Of a DNA stretch of 64,000 nucleotides, positions 43,186-53,563 are shown piece after piece. The notes under the pieces were generated by a model. It was given only the letters and a program-made list of their open reading frames with translations. It had not been told where the DNA came from and ran no database searches. Both the position numbers and the translations under genes were made by a program. Origin of the DNA: an uncultured virus (IMG/VR IMGVR_UViG_3300021961_000064) (lineage: Duplodnaviria; Heunggongvirae; Uroviricota; Caudoviricetes); the IMG/VR virus record IMGVR_UViG_3300021961_000064. One strand, given 5' to 3'. The first letter of the stretch is position 1; the number at the start of each line of letters is the position of its first letter.

Positions 43186-43860
43186 TTATAATTTTAATTT
43201 TAAAGAGATTAGAAATCTCTTTATGTTGCTCACTGCAACAACATCAAAAGTTAATATATCGCCAGCGGTGATGGTCTTATTCCAACCTATTAGGTTATCA
43301 TCCCTAAGTTTTCTAGCGTTTGTCATTATCTGATATGATGGCGATATTGAACTGAATGTCGGGAAGTCATTATAATTTGATTTTTTAATATCAAGAGTCA
43401 AGTCACCCTGTTGATCAGAAAGAATGACAAAAGACTCCAAAACACCAGTAACATCTATTGTAACCGATCCCTTATTTCCAGAAAGCATATCAATAGATCC
43501 ACTATCCACAACGTAATTAACAGTTCTAGTTAAATCCGCAGCTGTGGCTAATGCAATTATAAAAACATCATCAAGTGAAGTTGGTGGGACGGTGAATATT
43601 ATATTACTTGTTGACAATGTAAAGTCTTCACCTGGTTCCAGCATTAAATTGTTTTTGACAACTATAAGTTGCTGGTCATTTATTGGTGTATATGCGGAAC
43701 CATTTTTAGTAAGAGCAAAAGTTTGACCTATTCCTGTGAATTGTCCGTTTAACTCATCTAGAATAATATTTCCATATTGAATTGACTTGTATGGAATTTC
43801 ATACTCAACTCCAATAGCATATGGATTTGGATCGTTAACTGATACTAGGTAATTTGTCAT
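43186..43860 (-). CDS. Putative virion structural protein
   Basis: LDELNGQFTGIGQTFAL...LEPGEDFTL...IIFTVPP module also seen in gp7. Confidence 0.7.
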   Translation of the reverse strand: MTNYLVSVNDPNPYAIGVEYEIPYKSIQYGNIILDELNGQFTGIGQTFALTKNGSAYTPINDQQLIVVKNNLMLEPGEDFTLSTSNIIFTVPPTSLDDVFIIALATAADLTRTVNYVVDSGSIDMLSGNKGSVTIDVTGVLESFVILSDQQGDLTLDIKKSNYNDFPTFSSISPSYQIMTNARKLRDDNLIGWNKTITAGDILTFDVVAVSNIKRFLISLKLKL

Positions 43861-44192
43861 TGTGATACTCCTGGTGTTACAAGAACGTTACCTTGTACCG
43901 CTCTAGTCCTATAATAATTTGGAGAAATAAGAATCACATCATAGACATATCGACCACCTTCAATAGCATCTGTTGCTGTATGACCCATGGAAACAGAAAT
44001 TTTTCCATTTAATCTATCTTCAAAAAATAAATCCAACGGATATGATGTGGAAGAACTTGGGTGTTTCTTAATAGAAGATATTCCTGTGTAACCAGTCAAA
44101 TTTAATGGTCTATTGTACTGATTACGAATGGTAAAGGAGGCAGTAAAATTTACGCCTTGTTCAAGAACTAGATTTACTACTGCTGCTGCCAT
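43857..44192 (-). CDS. Small Ig/BppU-like virion protein
   Basis: NLVLEQG..F, LNLTGY, GRYVYDV, QGNVLVTPGV; CATAAATA at 44213-44220. Confidence 0.75.
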   Translation of the reverse strand: MAAAVVNLVLEQGVNFTASFTIRNQYNRPLNLTGYTGISSIKKHPSSSTSYPLDLFFEDRLNGKISVSMGHTATDAIEGGRYVYDVILISPNYYRTRAVQGNVLVTPGVSQ

Positions 44193-44215
44193 TACTAGAA
44201 CGTCTTTCTAACTAT

Positions 44216-44428
44216 TTATGAGTTGATATCTAATTTAGATATAATAATCCTCATCATATCTTTCAATTCACCTACTTCATTTTTTAAATCTTCAAATTCT
44301 TTCTTCTCGGACATCTTCTTTTTCTTAGCTTCCAAGTAAGAATCAAATTCTGAGTCTGAACAATTAATAATAGCTCCAGACTCGGAATCTCTAAAAAGCC
44401 CAGGATTTCCTTCTACGGGTATTCTCAT
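44216..44428 (-). CDS. Conserved small coiled-coil protein after VrlC
   Basis: IPVEGNPGLFRDSESGAIIN plus a coiled coil; start taken at ATG 44428. Confidence 0.8.
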   Translation of the reverse strand: MRIPVEGNPGLFRDSESGAIINCSDSEFDSYLEAKKKKMSEKKEFEDLKNEVGELKDMMRIIISKLDINS

Positions 44429-44429
44429 T

Positions 44430-47400
44430 TTATACAGTTGCAATTACTCTCAAATCCTTCAATAGTGGAACATTGGCACTATTAGTACCAGACATTAGAA
44501 TTTTAATCTGGAATCCATTGAACAATGATAGGTTTTTGGCAGAAAACTCATAAGAATTGAATTCGTCAGAAGTTGTCGAAGCGGCCACAAATCTATCTGG
44601 TCTTCCATTATTATTCGATTCACTGATAACTTCACCATTTTGATCCAAGTTGTCATATCCTGGGAATAGTTGCCATAACTGAGTGTTTTCATCCCCATCA
44701 ACCCTAAAGAGTCTATAGAGGACTCTAATATCATTGGTGGAGTGTCTATACGCATCAAATAAAACTTTCAAGGAATCAGAGTTTCTGGCCAGTTTAACAA
44801 TCTTACTAATGTAGATGGATGCACTTGGATCAGCGACCAAAGAATTGACTCTTGCATCAGAAACATAACTACTAATCTTAGAATTAATCCTGTTTGAAAC
44901 AGTAATCAAACTAACTCTATCCAAATCGATCATAGGTGAAACTTTAGAGTCTGTTGTAGACAGAGAAATTTCCATAGTAAGAGATTTCTTTCCAGGATAG
45001 TCCTGTAGGTAGGTCTCTTCATTAATTTTTGAACAAATTATTCTTGGTGTTTGGAAGTAATTATCAGAAGTTAGTGAAATATCTTGGAATCCCTGATCAA
45101 CAAATGACGAAATAGTTGTATTATCAACTGATCCACCGGAGAAAGTTCTGACTTTTGCAGAAACCGATGTTGCTTGTGGAGTTAGTGTTTGGATATTTGG
45201 TCTCATAACACTAAATGGAATATTTTGTGATGCTTTAGGTCCTCTACCACCACCAACGGATGGTATCAGATCATATGAACCACAAGATTTGGTATCTGAG
45301 AAGAATAATTCTGGGTATCCATTAGCATTACCAGTAGTTCTATCAACCCCATTTGTTGACATTCCCACTTTTACATGATAATAGTCCAAATCAATATCAT
45401 ACTTGGAATAATCGACATTTCCTAGGTTATGTGTTGTATTAATTCTTCTCAATGAAACTCCATTCATTTCATATTTAAAGACGTTAGTGGAGTTATTATG
45501 AGCTCCAGCAACAGTATTATCTGACGCTCTAACGATTCCTGTCAAACTACTTGTCGAAGTGTTTACTCCAGTATATTTAATTATTTCATCATTAATTTTA
45601 ACGTATCCTGGGTTTACAGAATTAACTGGAAGTCCTTCGAAACTAGTAAAGATTCCTACAGAACTTAATACCATATTTTCTGTGGTTGAAGCTCCATAAT
45701 TTGAATTCAATCTACTTGGCCTTAAGTCAGACTCCATTCCATTAATTGAAACGTAGTTATTTCTTGAATACATTCCATGATTGTTATGTTTGACTTTAAA
45801 GTGAAGACCATCAGTAAGGTCTCTTGTATAACGAACTGTAGCTCCAGATAATGCGGAAGTTCCACCAGCACCAACATAGAACAAACTGGATGTCGAATCC
45901 TGAACTATATTTCCTGAAACGGAGGTGAGAATTAGAGAATTGAATGATGAAATGATTCCAATATTATTAGGTATGGATAGAATCAAATTCTTACCAAATC
46001 CACCAGTTTCAGATGCATTAATTGTTAGCGCATCTCCATATGAATAACCCGTTCCACCAATAGAAACTGTAGCAGCAACTGCAACTCCACCAGAAACAGT
46101 TAAATTAACTTTTGCACCAGAACCTTCACCAGTCAAAGAAGTGAGATTTACATTACTATAAACTGTGGAAGAACTTGTGTATCCAGTTCCAGCTGAGGTA
46201 ATCGTTAAGGTACTGTTAATTCCAATTGCTCCAGCAACATTTTGAAGTTTCGACTTAAAGTTTCCATTTCCATTCTGAAGAATAGTTACACCTGGAGTAA
46301 GATTAGAAGTTTCTGTGGATGACAAACTTCTCGCAATACCAACAATAACAGATTTGGAATATGAATCGATTGGATTTACTCTCAACGAAGCAACTTGTCT
46401 ATTTCCAATATTTAAATCAGGATTATAGAATCTAACATTAGATGTTCCTCTATAAAATTCTGCTCTATAAATTTTCAACTTAAGGTCTTCAAGTTGACTT
46501 GGATCCCATGTAGCTCCATTTTGAGATTTAAATAAAGATCCCAAAAGTGGTTGTTGAGAAACAATGATTTTTTGTGATTCTGATAGATTTGTTGTGGAGA
46601 TATCTTCCTCACCCATTCTGGATATCCAAACAGTGTAACTATTGGAAGCAGATAGAAGAACCACACAATATGCATTACCAGTCTCCAAATAAACTGGAGA
46701 TGGGAATGTGAATGTTGTTGGTCTAGTTGCATCATCAGAAGTATCAACTTGAGATGGCTCGAGTACAACTTCACCAAATGGCAATATTGTCTGAGTTGGT
46801 AGACCAGTTTGCATGGTTCTTACCTGTAAAGTTACAGGAAGTCCATTAGTATCTTTAGTTCTGAAATAAACATCAACTTTAGTGATGAAAACACCATTTG
46901 GATCAGGAACTTCAAAAGATTGGGCCAGTGGATCTACCCATCTAGTTTGTTGTGTAGTTCTATTTGTAAAGGATGTATTTGCTACTAATTCAGTACTTCT
47001 ATCTCTTAGAGTTCTATTCTGAGTTTGAACTTCTCTGGAAATATCAGCATTTCTAATTCTTAAAGTAGATTCTTCAACATTATTAAGAGTTCCCGATGAA
47101 GTAAAGTTCGTTTCCGCACTACTATCAGAAGTACCAGAAATGGTGGAATTTGTGCTGCTTGTGGTCAAAGTGAATGTTTTTGTTCCAGTTTCAAAAGTTG
47201 GAGCAGAAGGTTGTAATGGATCAGGTAAATAAAGTGAACCAATTAATGTTCCTGCATTATCGGAAATCAATCTAACCCTTGAAATTCTTGCAACAGCACC
47301 ACTAGTTTGTCCAACCAATGTCATATTTGGAACAACATAACCATAGTATCCAGATTCGGACTGAAGTTCTAGACTTGCAGTATCAATATTCAGAATGGAT

Positions 47401-50400
47401 GATGTAGTCGAATATGATGTTGATACATTTTCACTTGGGTTATACGGATTTTCAACATAAACTTGTGTTGGATTTCTGTAAGGTCCATATTTGTGATCGG
47501 CCTTTGCAAGTCTAAATCTTACAGTAGCTGATCCATAAGTACCGAAAACAGTTTCACCCGTAGTAAAAGTACCAGAAGTCATTGCAACTTCCAATAATTT
47601 TGGCAAAATATAAGAAGTAATATCAACGTTATCGAAGAATCCATAGAATCTTGTTCTTGGTTTCAATCTTCTAGAAATAAATTCAATATTCCTAGATCTC
47701 ATAGTGTGGATAACATCAGTAGATACTACTCTTGGACCAAGGTTTGTAGTATCGAATCTTTCGCCAACTCTATACTGAATTCCTTGTCTTGCTTGATTTG
47801 TGGTGGTAAGAGTAGTTACGTTTTGGAAGTTGGTGAACTGATCCCTAAATGTATTTGTAGTTGTAATAGGAATTCCTCTTCCATGTTGGAATCCACCTCT
47901 GGAAGAGCTACTAGATACTAACTGTGATCCAACCTGAATTCTTCCCATACTTTGTCTAGAAAGAACTTCAGTACCAGTCCAGGTTGTTTCCCAAGCACCC
48001 CAATCAATTGGAGATAATCCACTATTACTATCCACTCCAAGTTGTTGTACAGCAGATTGATAACTACCCTCCATATCAATAGTTCTTTGGCTGGTTCTAG
48101 TTTCAATCCATGTGTCTGTAGATGGATTTAATTCTATTGCACCAATCCAATTTACTACAGCAAATGGGTTTACATTTTCAGATCTTGTTGCAAAATTATT
48201 CTGCACATAAACTCTGTCCGAATAATTCAAACATACAACATCTCCAACTCTTTTGGTGTTGGGAGAAGTTAGATTAGTGACGAATCTAAGATCTGCATCT
48301 GGATTTGATGTATTTCCAACACCAACAACAGCTTCGGAACCAAGTAGTAAATCTACTGCTGTAGTGTAGTGGCTAGATCTTAAGTGTCCATTTGTGGTAT
48401 CAATACTACACTTATATGAAGGGTCTGATAAAGATCCACCAAATATGGATTTAAAATTATCTACAAAAAATCCACACTTGAATCTATCTAATTGAGTTTG
48501 GGCATCTCTTATGGAAAGATTTCTGGTATCACTCTCTAGTAAAGATAGTGAAGTATAATACTCAACATTTTTCAATCTATCTTCCAGAGCAGAGATATCT
48601 TGCATTCTATATCTCTTATGTGGAGAAATTACAACTTTTACATCAGATGCATTATGTACATATGGAGGCAAATTAATTGTTCCAATTTCCAAAGAATTTT
48701 CTATATCACTAGGAGTCTTTGGAGTTAGGGATGGTACTCCATTATTAACAAAGAATCTCCCATCTTTATTAACAAATAATTTATCTATTCTTCCAACATA
48801 ATAAGAGTAATCGATATTTATTGCTTTATCTTTGGCAAAATTATATGGAGAAGAACTAGAAGAATAATTAAATCTTCTAGATGTGAACTCAAATGGGGAA
48901 TAAGTGTCTGAAGATGGATTATATGGAACTACCCTTGGTCTTAAGTCAATAATATCAGAAGAAGAATTCGTTCCAATAAGGGGTAGGTTATTTGCATACT
49001 GATCTGAAGAATATGAACTTACGGTTACAAAATCTCCAGTATCGGAAGAATCTAAAACATAGTTGTTGAAAATGACTTTTATTTTTCTGGTAGGTGCAGA
49101 AGCTGTGGATTTTCTTAGGATTGAAGAATAGTCCGCGTATTCTGGTTTTTGTCCATGATCTAGAGTGAAATCGGATAAAATATCCCTATCACCCTCAGAT
49201 ATAGCATCAACTGTTGCAGATACGGAAGATTCTTCAAAAATAATGTTTTCGCCAAGAATAAAACTATTTTCATTTGAATAAACGAACTCTACATTATTTG
49301 TACCATTACTTAAAACATAATATCCAACACTACCACTAGTTTGTCCGATTATTTTTTCACCACGAATTGCATTAAGAATATTAGAATTTAAATTTGTGAG
49401 AGTTAGAGTAGGTAATGCAGGATCATCACTATCTACGGATTCATAAACAGCTAAAATTTCCTGTACATCTGGTACATTTAATGAAATTCTAGAATCTTGC
49501 ACTCTAGTTCCGTATATAGAATTATACGTTAGTCCATCATTAGTAGTTGTTGTACCTATTCCAGAAGAAGCCTCTGCAGATCTATCAACTACTAAAGTAT
49601 TACATCTAGAATAAATTTTATTTTTTGACTTAAGGTTTGTTTTCTTAAACGCAACTGTTAATAATGCTGCACCATTTGCACTAATATTTTGCAACGTTAC
49701 TGTTCTTCCGGAAACGGTCAGTTTCTGAGAATTTAAGGCTTCTACAACTCCATTTGAAAATGTAAGATTATAATCTTCTTCATCAAATGGCTCTAAAGTT
49801 AGACTCGAATTGGTTTCTAAAGTTTGTACTAGTCCACCCGAAGAGACCGTAACTGGATATGATTTTCTGATAACTATATCGGATCCGGTTAAATCAACGT
49901 TCTCTATATTCTTCTGACCAAGAATAGAGAACATGAATGCTCGATCCGTATTGAAAACTTCCGGAGTAACCTTAACTAGATTATTGACCGTGGTAGTGGA
50001 TACTGGTAAAGCGGAGTTATTAACACCGGTTACAGATGTTGTTGCTTCAATTATAATAGAATTCGAAGCTAATGATACTGTTTTTACTCTATTATAAGTT
50101 GGTAAAGATTCTCCATTTTTTGTATACTTTACAATATCTCCGGTATTAATGCCAACAAAAAATGTTGAACTGGATGTTGTAATTGTACTTACACCCGCAG
50201 AAGCTGGACTAATAGTAAATGCTGAACCACCTGGAGCTAAATTTACAGTTCTTGAAAGACTAAAATCTGCGGAAAATGCAGAAGTATTTGTTGCATATAC
50301 TTGTTTTACATCAGAAATTCCATAATCTCTAAATGAATTAATAGTTCTAGATACGTCTTTGCCATTAATTTTTATCTGTTCATTCCGAGAGAATGTACCT

Positions 50401-51935
50401 GATGTTTGATAAAGAATTAATTGATTTGTATTAGTTGCACTTTGATAAAGATACCCAGAGGCAGAACTATTTTTTCCTTCAACATATGCAGGAGTATTTT
50501 GTGTAATTGTTGCATTCAAATTTAAATATACAAATGTTTGAATATCATAAAATGTACCTTCAAACTTTGTGGATGCATTCGAATACTCGGCATTTTTTAA
50601 TTTTAAATCATATATTCTACCAACACCTATCTGAATACCAGATGTTGATCCTGGAGAAGAAGTTCTATTTGAATATAATTTAACAATGTTTGTTGTACCG
50701 ACTCCAACAGGAGTTGATCCATAAACATTATCTAGTTCTAATTGTTTTCCAAGAGTGAATGGGATTGATTCATTTACGGTATCTTCAGTAGTTCTAGGTT
50801 TTTCTAAATCTATCGAAAGAGTGTTAATTGTTTGTACTTCATATCCTCTAACATATGCTTTACCTGGAGAAACCTGAAGGCACAATAAATCCTTTGATGG
50901 TACGTTTCCCTGTTGTGTAATTTGTGATGGTAAATAAATGCCATTATTACCAACTCTATCATTTAAAGATTCTTTTGCAACTACTTTGAATGGAGTTACA
51001 TAATAATCTCCAGATTCATCATATGTCCTTCTAGCTAATTCGTCTCTAATTAAATTATAGTTGCTATCTGTTACAAATTTTACTATAACTCCGTCTTCTA
51101 CTCTTAAGAGTTCAATGAAGTTTTCATCATTGAAGTCTTCTATAGATTTTTTTATTAAATTCGCTTGAAGTTTAAATCTATCTGCACCTGGAGCTGCAAA
51201 ATTAGAAAATCCTCTAGCATTATCATAAAGATCGGGATTCGATTGCGAAGCAACAGAAATAGATTCTTCTACAGAAAGTCCAATCCTGTATGATGGACTA
51301 CTTGTATATTGATCTAGAATTACTGTTTGAGTGGGAACTTCTACAAAAAATCCTCTAATGAAATAAACACCCTGTTCAATTTTTGCAGCTGATCCAGAAC
51401 CAACAGAATCAACAACTACTGTTGTAGCAAATGTAGAATTTTCTCTTATTACTGATAAAGAGTAAGTTAAGTCATCAAGAAGAACTAAGTTCTCACCATC
51501 AACAAAAGTACTAGTACTAAAATCATTCTCACTCGAACTTTGGTATTTTACATAAAGAGTATAATTTCCATTCTCCGACTGAGAATCGACGATATAATTT
51601 TCTACAACAGCGGTTACTCCGCTACTTTCTCCTTTAATATACTTTCCTACTAACTGAGAAATATAAAATGAAACTGGAACACCCAAATGAGTTGGGTCAA
51701 TTTGAACATAAAAATAATCAGGATCGTAAGCAATGTTACCTGGAATTACTACAGATCCCTCTTTGAAAAAGTGTTTACCAAATTTTTCAATTTGATTTTG
51801 AAGAATTGATTGTAATGTAGTTAGTTCTCTGGCCTGAATAGGTACACCAGGTTTAAAAAGTACCCTTTGATAATTTTTAGTTATGTCAAAATCATCAAAG
51901 TATGGGGAAGCATTTAAATTAGTGTTTTGTGCCAT
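44430..51935 (-). CDS. vrlC: VrlC-like (DUF4815) large virion/baseplate protein
   Basis: NTNLNASPYFDDFD, QARELTTLQSILQNQIE, APGADR, ELARRTYDESGDY, DPLAQSF, GSLFKSQNGATW. Confidence 0.9.
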   Translation of the reverse strand: MAQNTNLNASPYFDDFDITKNYQRVLFKPGVPIQARELTTLQSILQNQIEKFGKHFFKEGSVVIPGNIAYDPDYFYVQIDPTHLGVPVSFYISQLVGKYIKGESSGVTAVVENYIVDSQSENGNYTLYVKYQSSSENDFSTSTFVDGENLVLLDDLTYSLSVIRENSTFATTVVVDSVGSGSAAKIEQGVYFIRGFFVEVPTQTVILDQYTSSPSYRIGLSVEESISVASQSNPDLYDNARGFSNFAAPGADRFKLQANLIKKSIEDFNDENFIELLRVEDGVIVKFVTDSNYNLIRDELARRTYDESGDYYVTPFKVVAKESLNDRVGNNGIYLPSQITQQGNVPSKDLLCLQVSPGKAYVRGYEVQTINTLSIDLEKPRTTEDTVNESIPFTLGKQLELDNVYGSTPVGVGTTNIVKLYSNRTSSPGSTSGIQIGVGRIYDLKLKNAEYSNASTKFEGTFYDIQTFVYLNLNATITQNTPAYVEGKNSSASGYLYQSATNTNQLILYQTSGTFSRNEQIKINGKDVSRTINSFRDYGISDVKQVYATNTSAFSADFSLSRTVNLAPGGSAFTISPASAGVSTITTSSSTFFVGINTGDIVKYTKNGESLPTYNRVKTVSLASNSIIIEATTSVTGVNNSALPVSTTTVNNLVKVTPEVFNTDRAFMFSILGQKNIENVDLTGSDIVIRKSYPVTVSSGGLVQTLETNSSLTLEPFDEEDYNLTFSNGVVEALNSQKLTVSGRTVTLQNISANGAALLTVAFKKTNLKSKNKIYSRCNTLVVDRSAEASSGIGTTTTNDGLTYNSIYGTRVQDSRISLNVPDVQEILAVYESVDSDDPALPTLTLTNLNSNILNAIRGEKIIGQTSGSVGYYVLSNGTNNVEFVYSNENSFILGENIIFEESSVSATVDAISEGDRDILSDFTLDHGQKPEYADYSSILRKSTASAPTRKIKVIFNNYVLDSSDTGDFVTVSSYSSDQYANNLPLIGTNSSSDIIDLRPRVVPYNPSSDTYSPFEFTSRRFNYSSSSSPYNFAKDKAINIDYSYYVGRIDKLFVNKDGRFFVNNGVPSLTPKTPSDIENSLEIGTINLPPYVHNASDVKVVISPHKRYRMQDISALEDRLKNVEYYTSLSLLESDTRNLSIRDAQTQLDRFKCGFFVDNFKSIFGGSLSDPSYKCSIDTTNGHLRSSHYTTAVDLLLGSEAVVGVGNTSNPDADLRFVTNLTSPNTKRVGDVVCLNYSDRVYVQNNFATRSENVNPFAVVNWIGAIELNPSTDTWIETRTSQRTIDMEGSYQSAVQQLGVDSNSGLSPIDWGAWETTWTGTEVLSRQSMGRIQVGSQLVSSSSSRGGFQHGRGIPITTTNTFRDQFTNFQNVTTLTTTNQARQGIQYRVGERFDTTNLGPRVVSTDVIHTMRSRNIEFISRRLKPRTRFYGFFDNVDITSYILPKLLEVAMTSGTFTTGETVFGTYGSATVRFRLAKADHKYGPYRNPTQVYVENPYNPSENVSTSYSTTSSILNIDTASLELQSESGYYGYVVPNMTLVGQTSGAVARISRVRLISDNAGTLIGSLYLPDPLQPSAPTFETGTKTFTLTTSSTNSTISGTSDSSAETNFTSSGTLNNVEESTLRIRNADISREVQTQNRTLRDRSTELVANTSFTNRTTQQTRWVDPLAQSFEVPDPNGVFITKVDVYFRTKDTNGLPVTLQVRTMQTGLPTQTILPFGEVVLEPSQVDTSDDATRPTTFTFPSPVYLETGNAYCVVLLSASNSYTVWISRMGEEDISTTNLSESQKIIVSQQPLLGSLFKSQNGATWDPSQLEDLKLKIYRAEFYRGTSNVRFYNPDLNIGNRQVASLRVNPIDSYSKSVIVGIARSLSSTETSNLTPGVTILQNGNGNFKSKLQNVAGAIGINSTLTITSAGTGYTSSSTVYSNVNLTSLTGEGSGAKVNLTVSGGVAVAATVSIGGTGYSYGDALTINASETGGFGKNLILSIPNNIGIISSFNSLILTSVSGNIVQDSTSSLFYVGAGGTSALSGATVRYTRDLTDGLHFKVKHNNHGMYSRNNYVSINGMESDLRPSRLNSNYGASTTENMVLSSVGIFTSFEGLPVNSVNPGYVKINDEIIKYTGVNTSTSSLTGIVRASDNTVAGAHNNSTNVFKYEMNGVSLRRINTTHNLGNVDYSKYDIDLDYYHVKVGMSTNGVDRTTGNANGYPELFFSDTKSCGSYDLIPSVGGGRGPKASQNIPFSVMRPNIQTLTPQATSVSAKVRTFSGGSVDNTTISSFVDQGFQDISLTSDNYFQTPRIICSKINEETYLQDYPGKKSLTMEISLSTTDSKVSPMIDLDRVSLITVSNRINSKISSYVSDARVNSLVADPSASIYISKIVKLARNSDSLKVLFDAYRHSTNDIRVLYRLFRVDGDENTQLWQLFPGYDNLDQNGEVISESNNNGRPDRFVAASTTSDEFNSYEFSAKNLSLFNGFQIKILMSGTNSANVPLLKDLRVIATV

Positions 51936-51941
51936 TTTGAA

Positions 51942-53537
51942 TTAGAACTCCAGTACAACTTTAATATCTTCTTTTTGGCTCACTGATCTAGGAATTGGTG
52001 GTCTATTATCTATGTAGATAACTTCACCGGATCTCTTATTAAACTCTGCAGAACCAATTCCAGATACAAAATCAATTCCCAGTTGATATATTCTATTATT
52101 TATTGTGGTGGTTATACCACTAAAGTTTGTATCAATATTCAATTCTGGACCAACTACAGAACTTCCATTTATAGTTGTACCATATCCAACATCTGGTTGA
52201 GAAGTAAATTTTAAAATTTTATATCCAGTTTCACTGGAGGCTAATCCGGTGGGTTGGTAATATTTGAGAACACCAGTGACATTATCCCATGATGCTACAT
52301 AACCAATTGCAGTAGATCCCAGTCCAACAGTTTGTTTAATGACAGAATCCACAGCATACGTGGTATTTGTGGTAACGCCAGATAATTTTAACGCCTGTAA
52401 ACCACTAACTAGTGAAACATTTAAAATTTCTGTGTCACTATTTGGTATTGTGGGGTTTTTCATTATCCCAACTCTAGCGAAATCATTTCCCAGAATAATA
52501 TCTGGATTACTTTCCAAGGTTTCGAATCTAGAATAAAGAAGAACTCTGTAAGCACCGAGTTCTCTATAAATATCATATCCATGACCACCTTTTGGTGGGA
52601 TAACAACGTTAAAAGCAGCTACTGAAGTTGTTCCAATTCCCGTATTTGATAAATTACTTATGACTCCGCCACTTTCAGATCCAGGAGCTCCTGGATAAAA
52701 CTGGATTGTTCCATATGTATATCCAGATCCCCCTTCAGTCACAAATACTTCGGAAACCTTTCCAAAAGAATCAATAGTAATTGTAGCTCTTCCACCAGAA
52801 CCATCACCCAAAATAGGGACATTTGAGAATGAAGTAGAAATTGGTTGATAATTAGAACCTCTATTGTCGATCAATACAACTTCAACTTTTCCATCAATTG
52901 CATTATTTTTAGTAGAAATGCTTTCCCCAGATCTACCCCAATCTTCAGGAACGGGGATATATTCGATTGAATCGAACTTAACAATTTCAGATGGTTTAAT
53001 AGTATACAAATACTTCCAGGTATATCCATCACCAGATGTACCTGCAGCTCTAGGTTCTAGATCAATAAAGGTTGGTTGATCATAAGAAGGTCTACCTTTT
53101 GGATTCTCTGGATCAGTTCCATTTTGCAAACAAATATACACTCTCAGATCTTCATTAATTACATAATAGTTTGATTCATATAATGAAGATGCAGATGTAA
53201 CTGGACTTGTATTGTAAATGCTGTAGTCGTGTCTATACATCTCATAAGTATTACCAGCTACCCATTCAACCTTTCTAACCAATCTTCTCACATCTTGGGA
53301 AGATATTTGTTTCATAGCAATGATGGTGTCTTTTATTTGGTTTTCTTCCTTAAATCCATCCAAAGGCGAAGGAGTGTTGGTAATCCAAGTTGGAGTACCG
53401 CCAGCAGCTTCACTCAAGGAATTTGGAAGTCCAATAAAAGTATAATACTTATCAGTTGTGTTTGCTGAACCTACAACATTTTTTACAAAGTTTTCAGCAT
53501 TCAATATTCTAAATTGATCCGATATAATTGCAGGCAT
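51942..53537 (-). CDS. gp8: Baseplate wedge subunit
   Basis: AIISDQFRILNA, YEMYRHDY, VYICLQNG, DGYTWKYLY, QKEDIKVVLEF; CTAAATA at 53561-53567. Confidence 0.92.
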   Translation of the reverse strand: MPAIISDQFRILNAENFVKNVVGSANTTDKYYTFIGLPNSLSEAAGGTPTWITNTPSPLDGFKEENQIKDTIIAMKQISSQDVRRLVRKVEWVAGNTYEMYRHDYSIYNTSPVTSASSLYESNYYVINEDLRVYICLQNGTDPENPKGRPSYDQPTFIDLEPRAAGTSGDGYTWKYLYTIKPSEIVKFDSIEYIPVPEDWGRSGESISTKNNAIDGKVEVVLIDNRGSNYQPISTSFSNVPILGDGSGGRATITIDSFGKVSEVFVTEGGSGYTYGTIQFYPGAPGSESGGVISNLSNTGIGTTSVAAFNVVIPPKGGHGYDIYRELGAYRVLLYSRFETLESNPDIILGNDFARVGIMKNPTIPNSDTEILNVSLVSGLQALKLSGVTTNTTYAVDSVIKQTVGLGSTAIGYVASWDNVTGVLKYYQPTGLASSETGYKILKFTSQPDVGYGTTINGSSVVGPELNIDTNFSGITTTINNRIYQLGIDFVSGIGSAEFNKRSGEVIYIDNRPPIPRSVSQKEDIKVVLEF

Positions 53538-53563
53538 TTTTTAATTAGAATCCTTTTACTTAT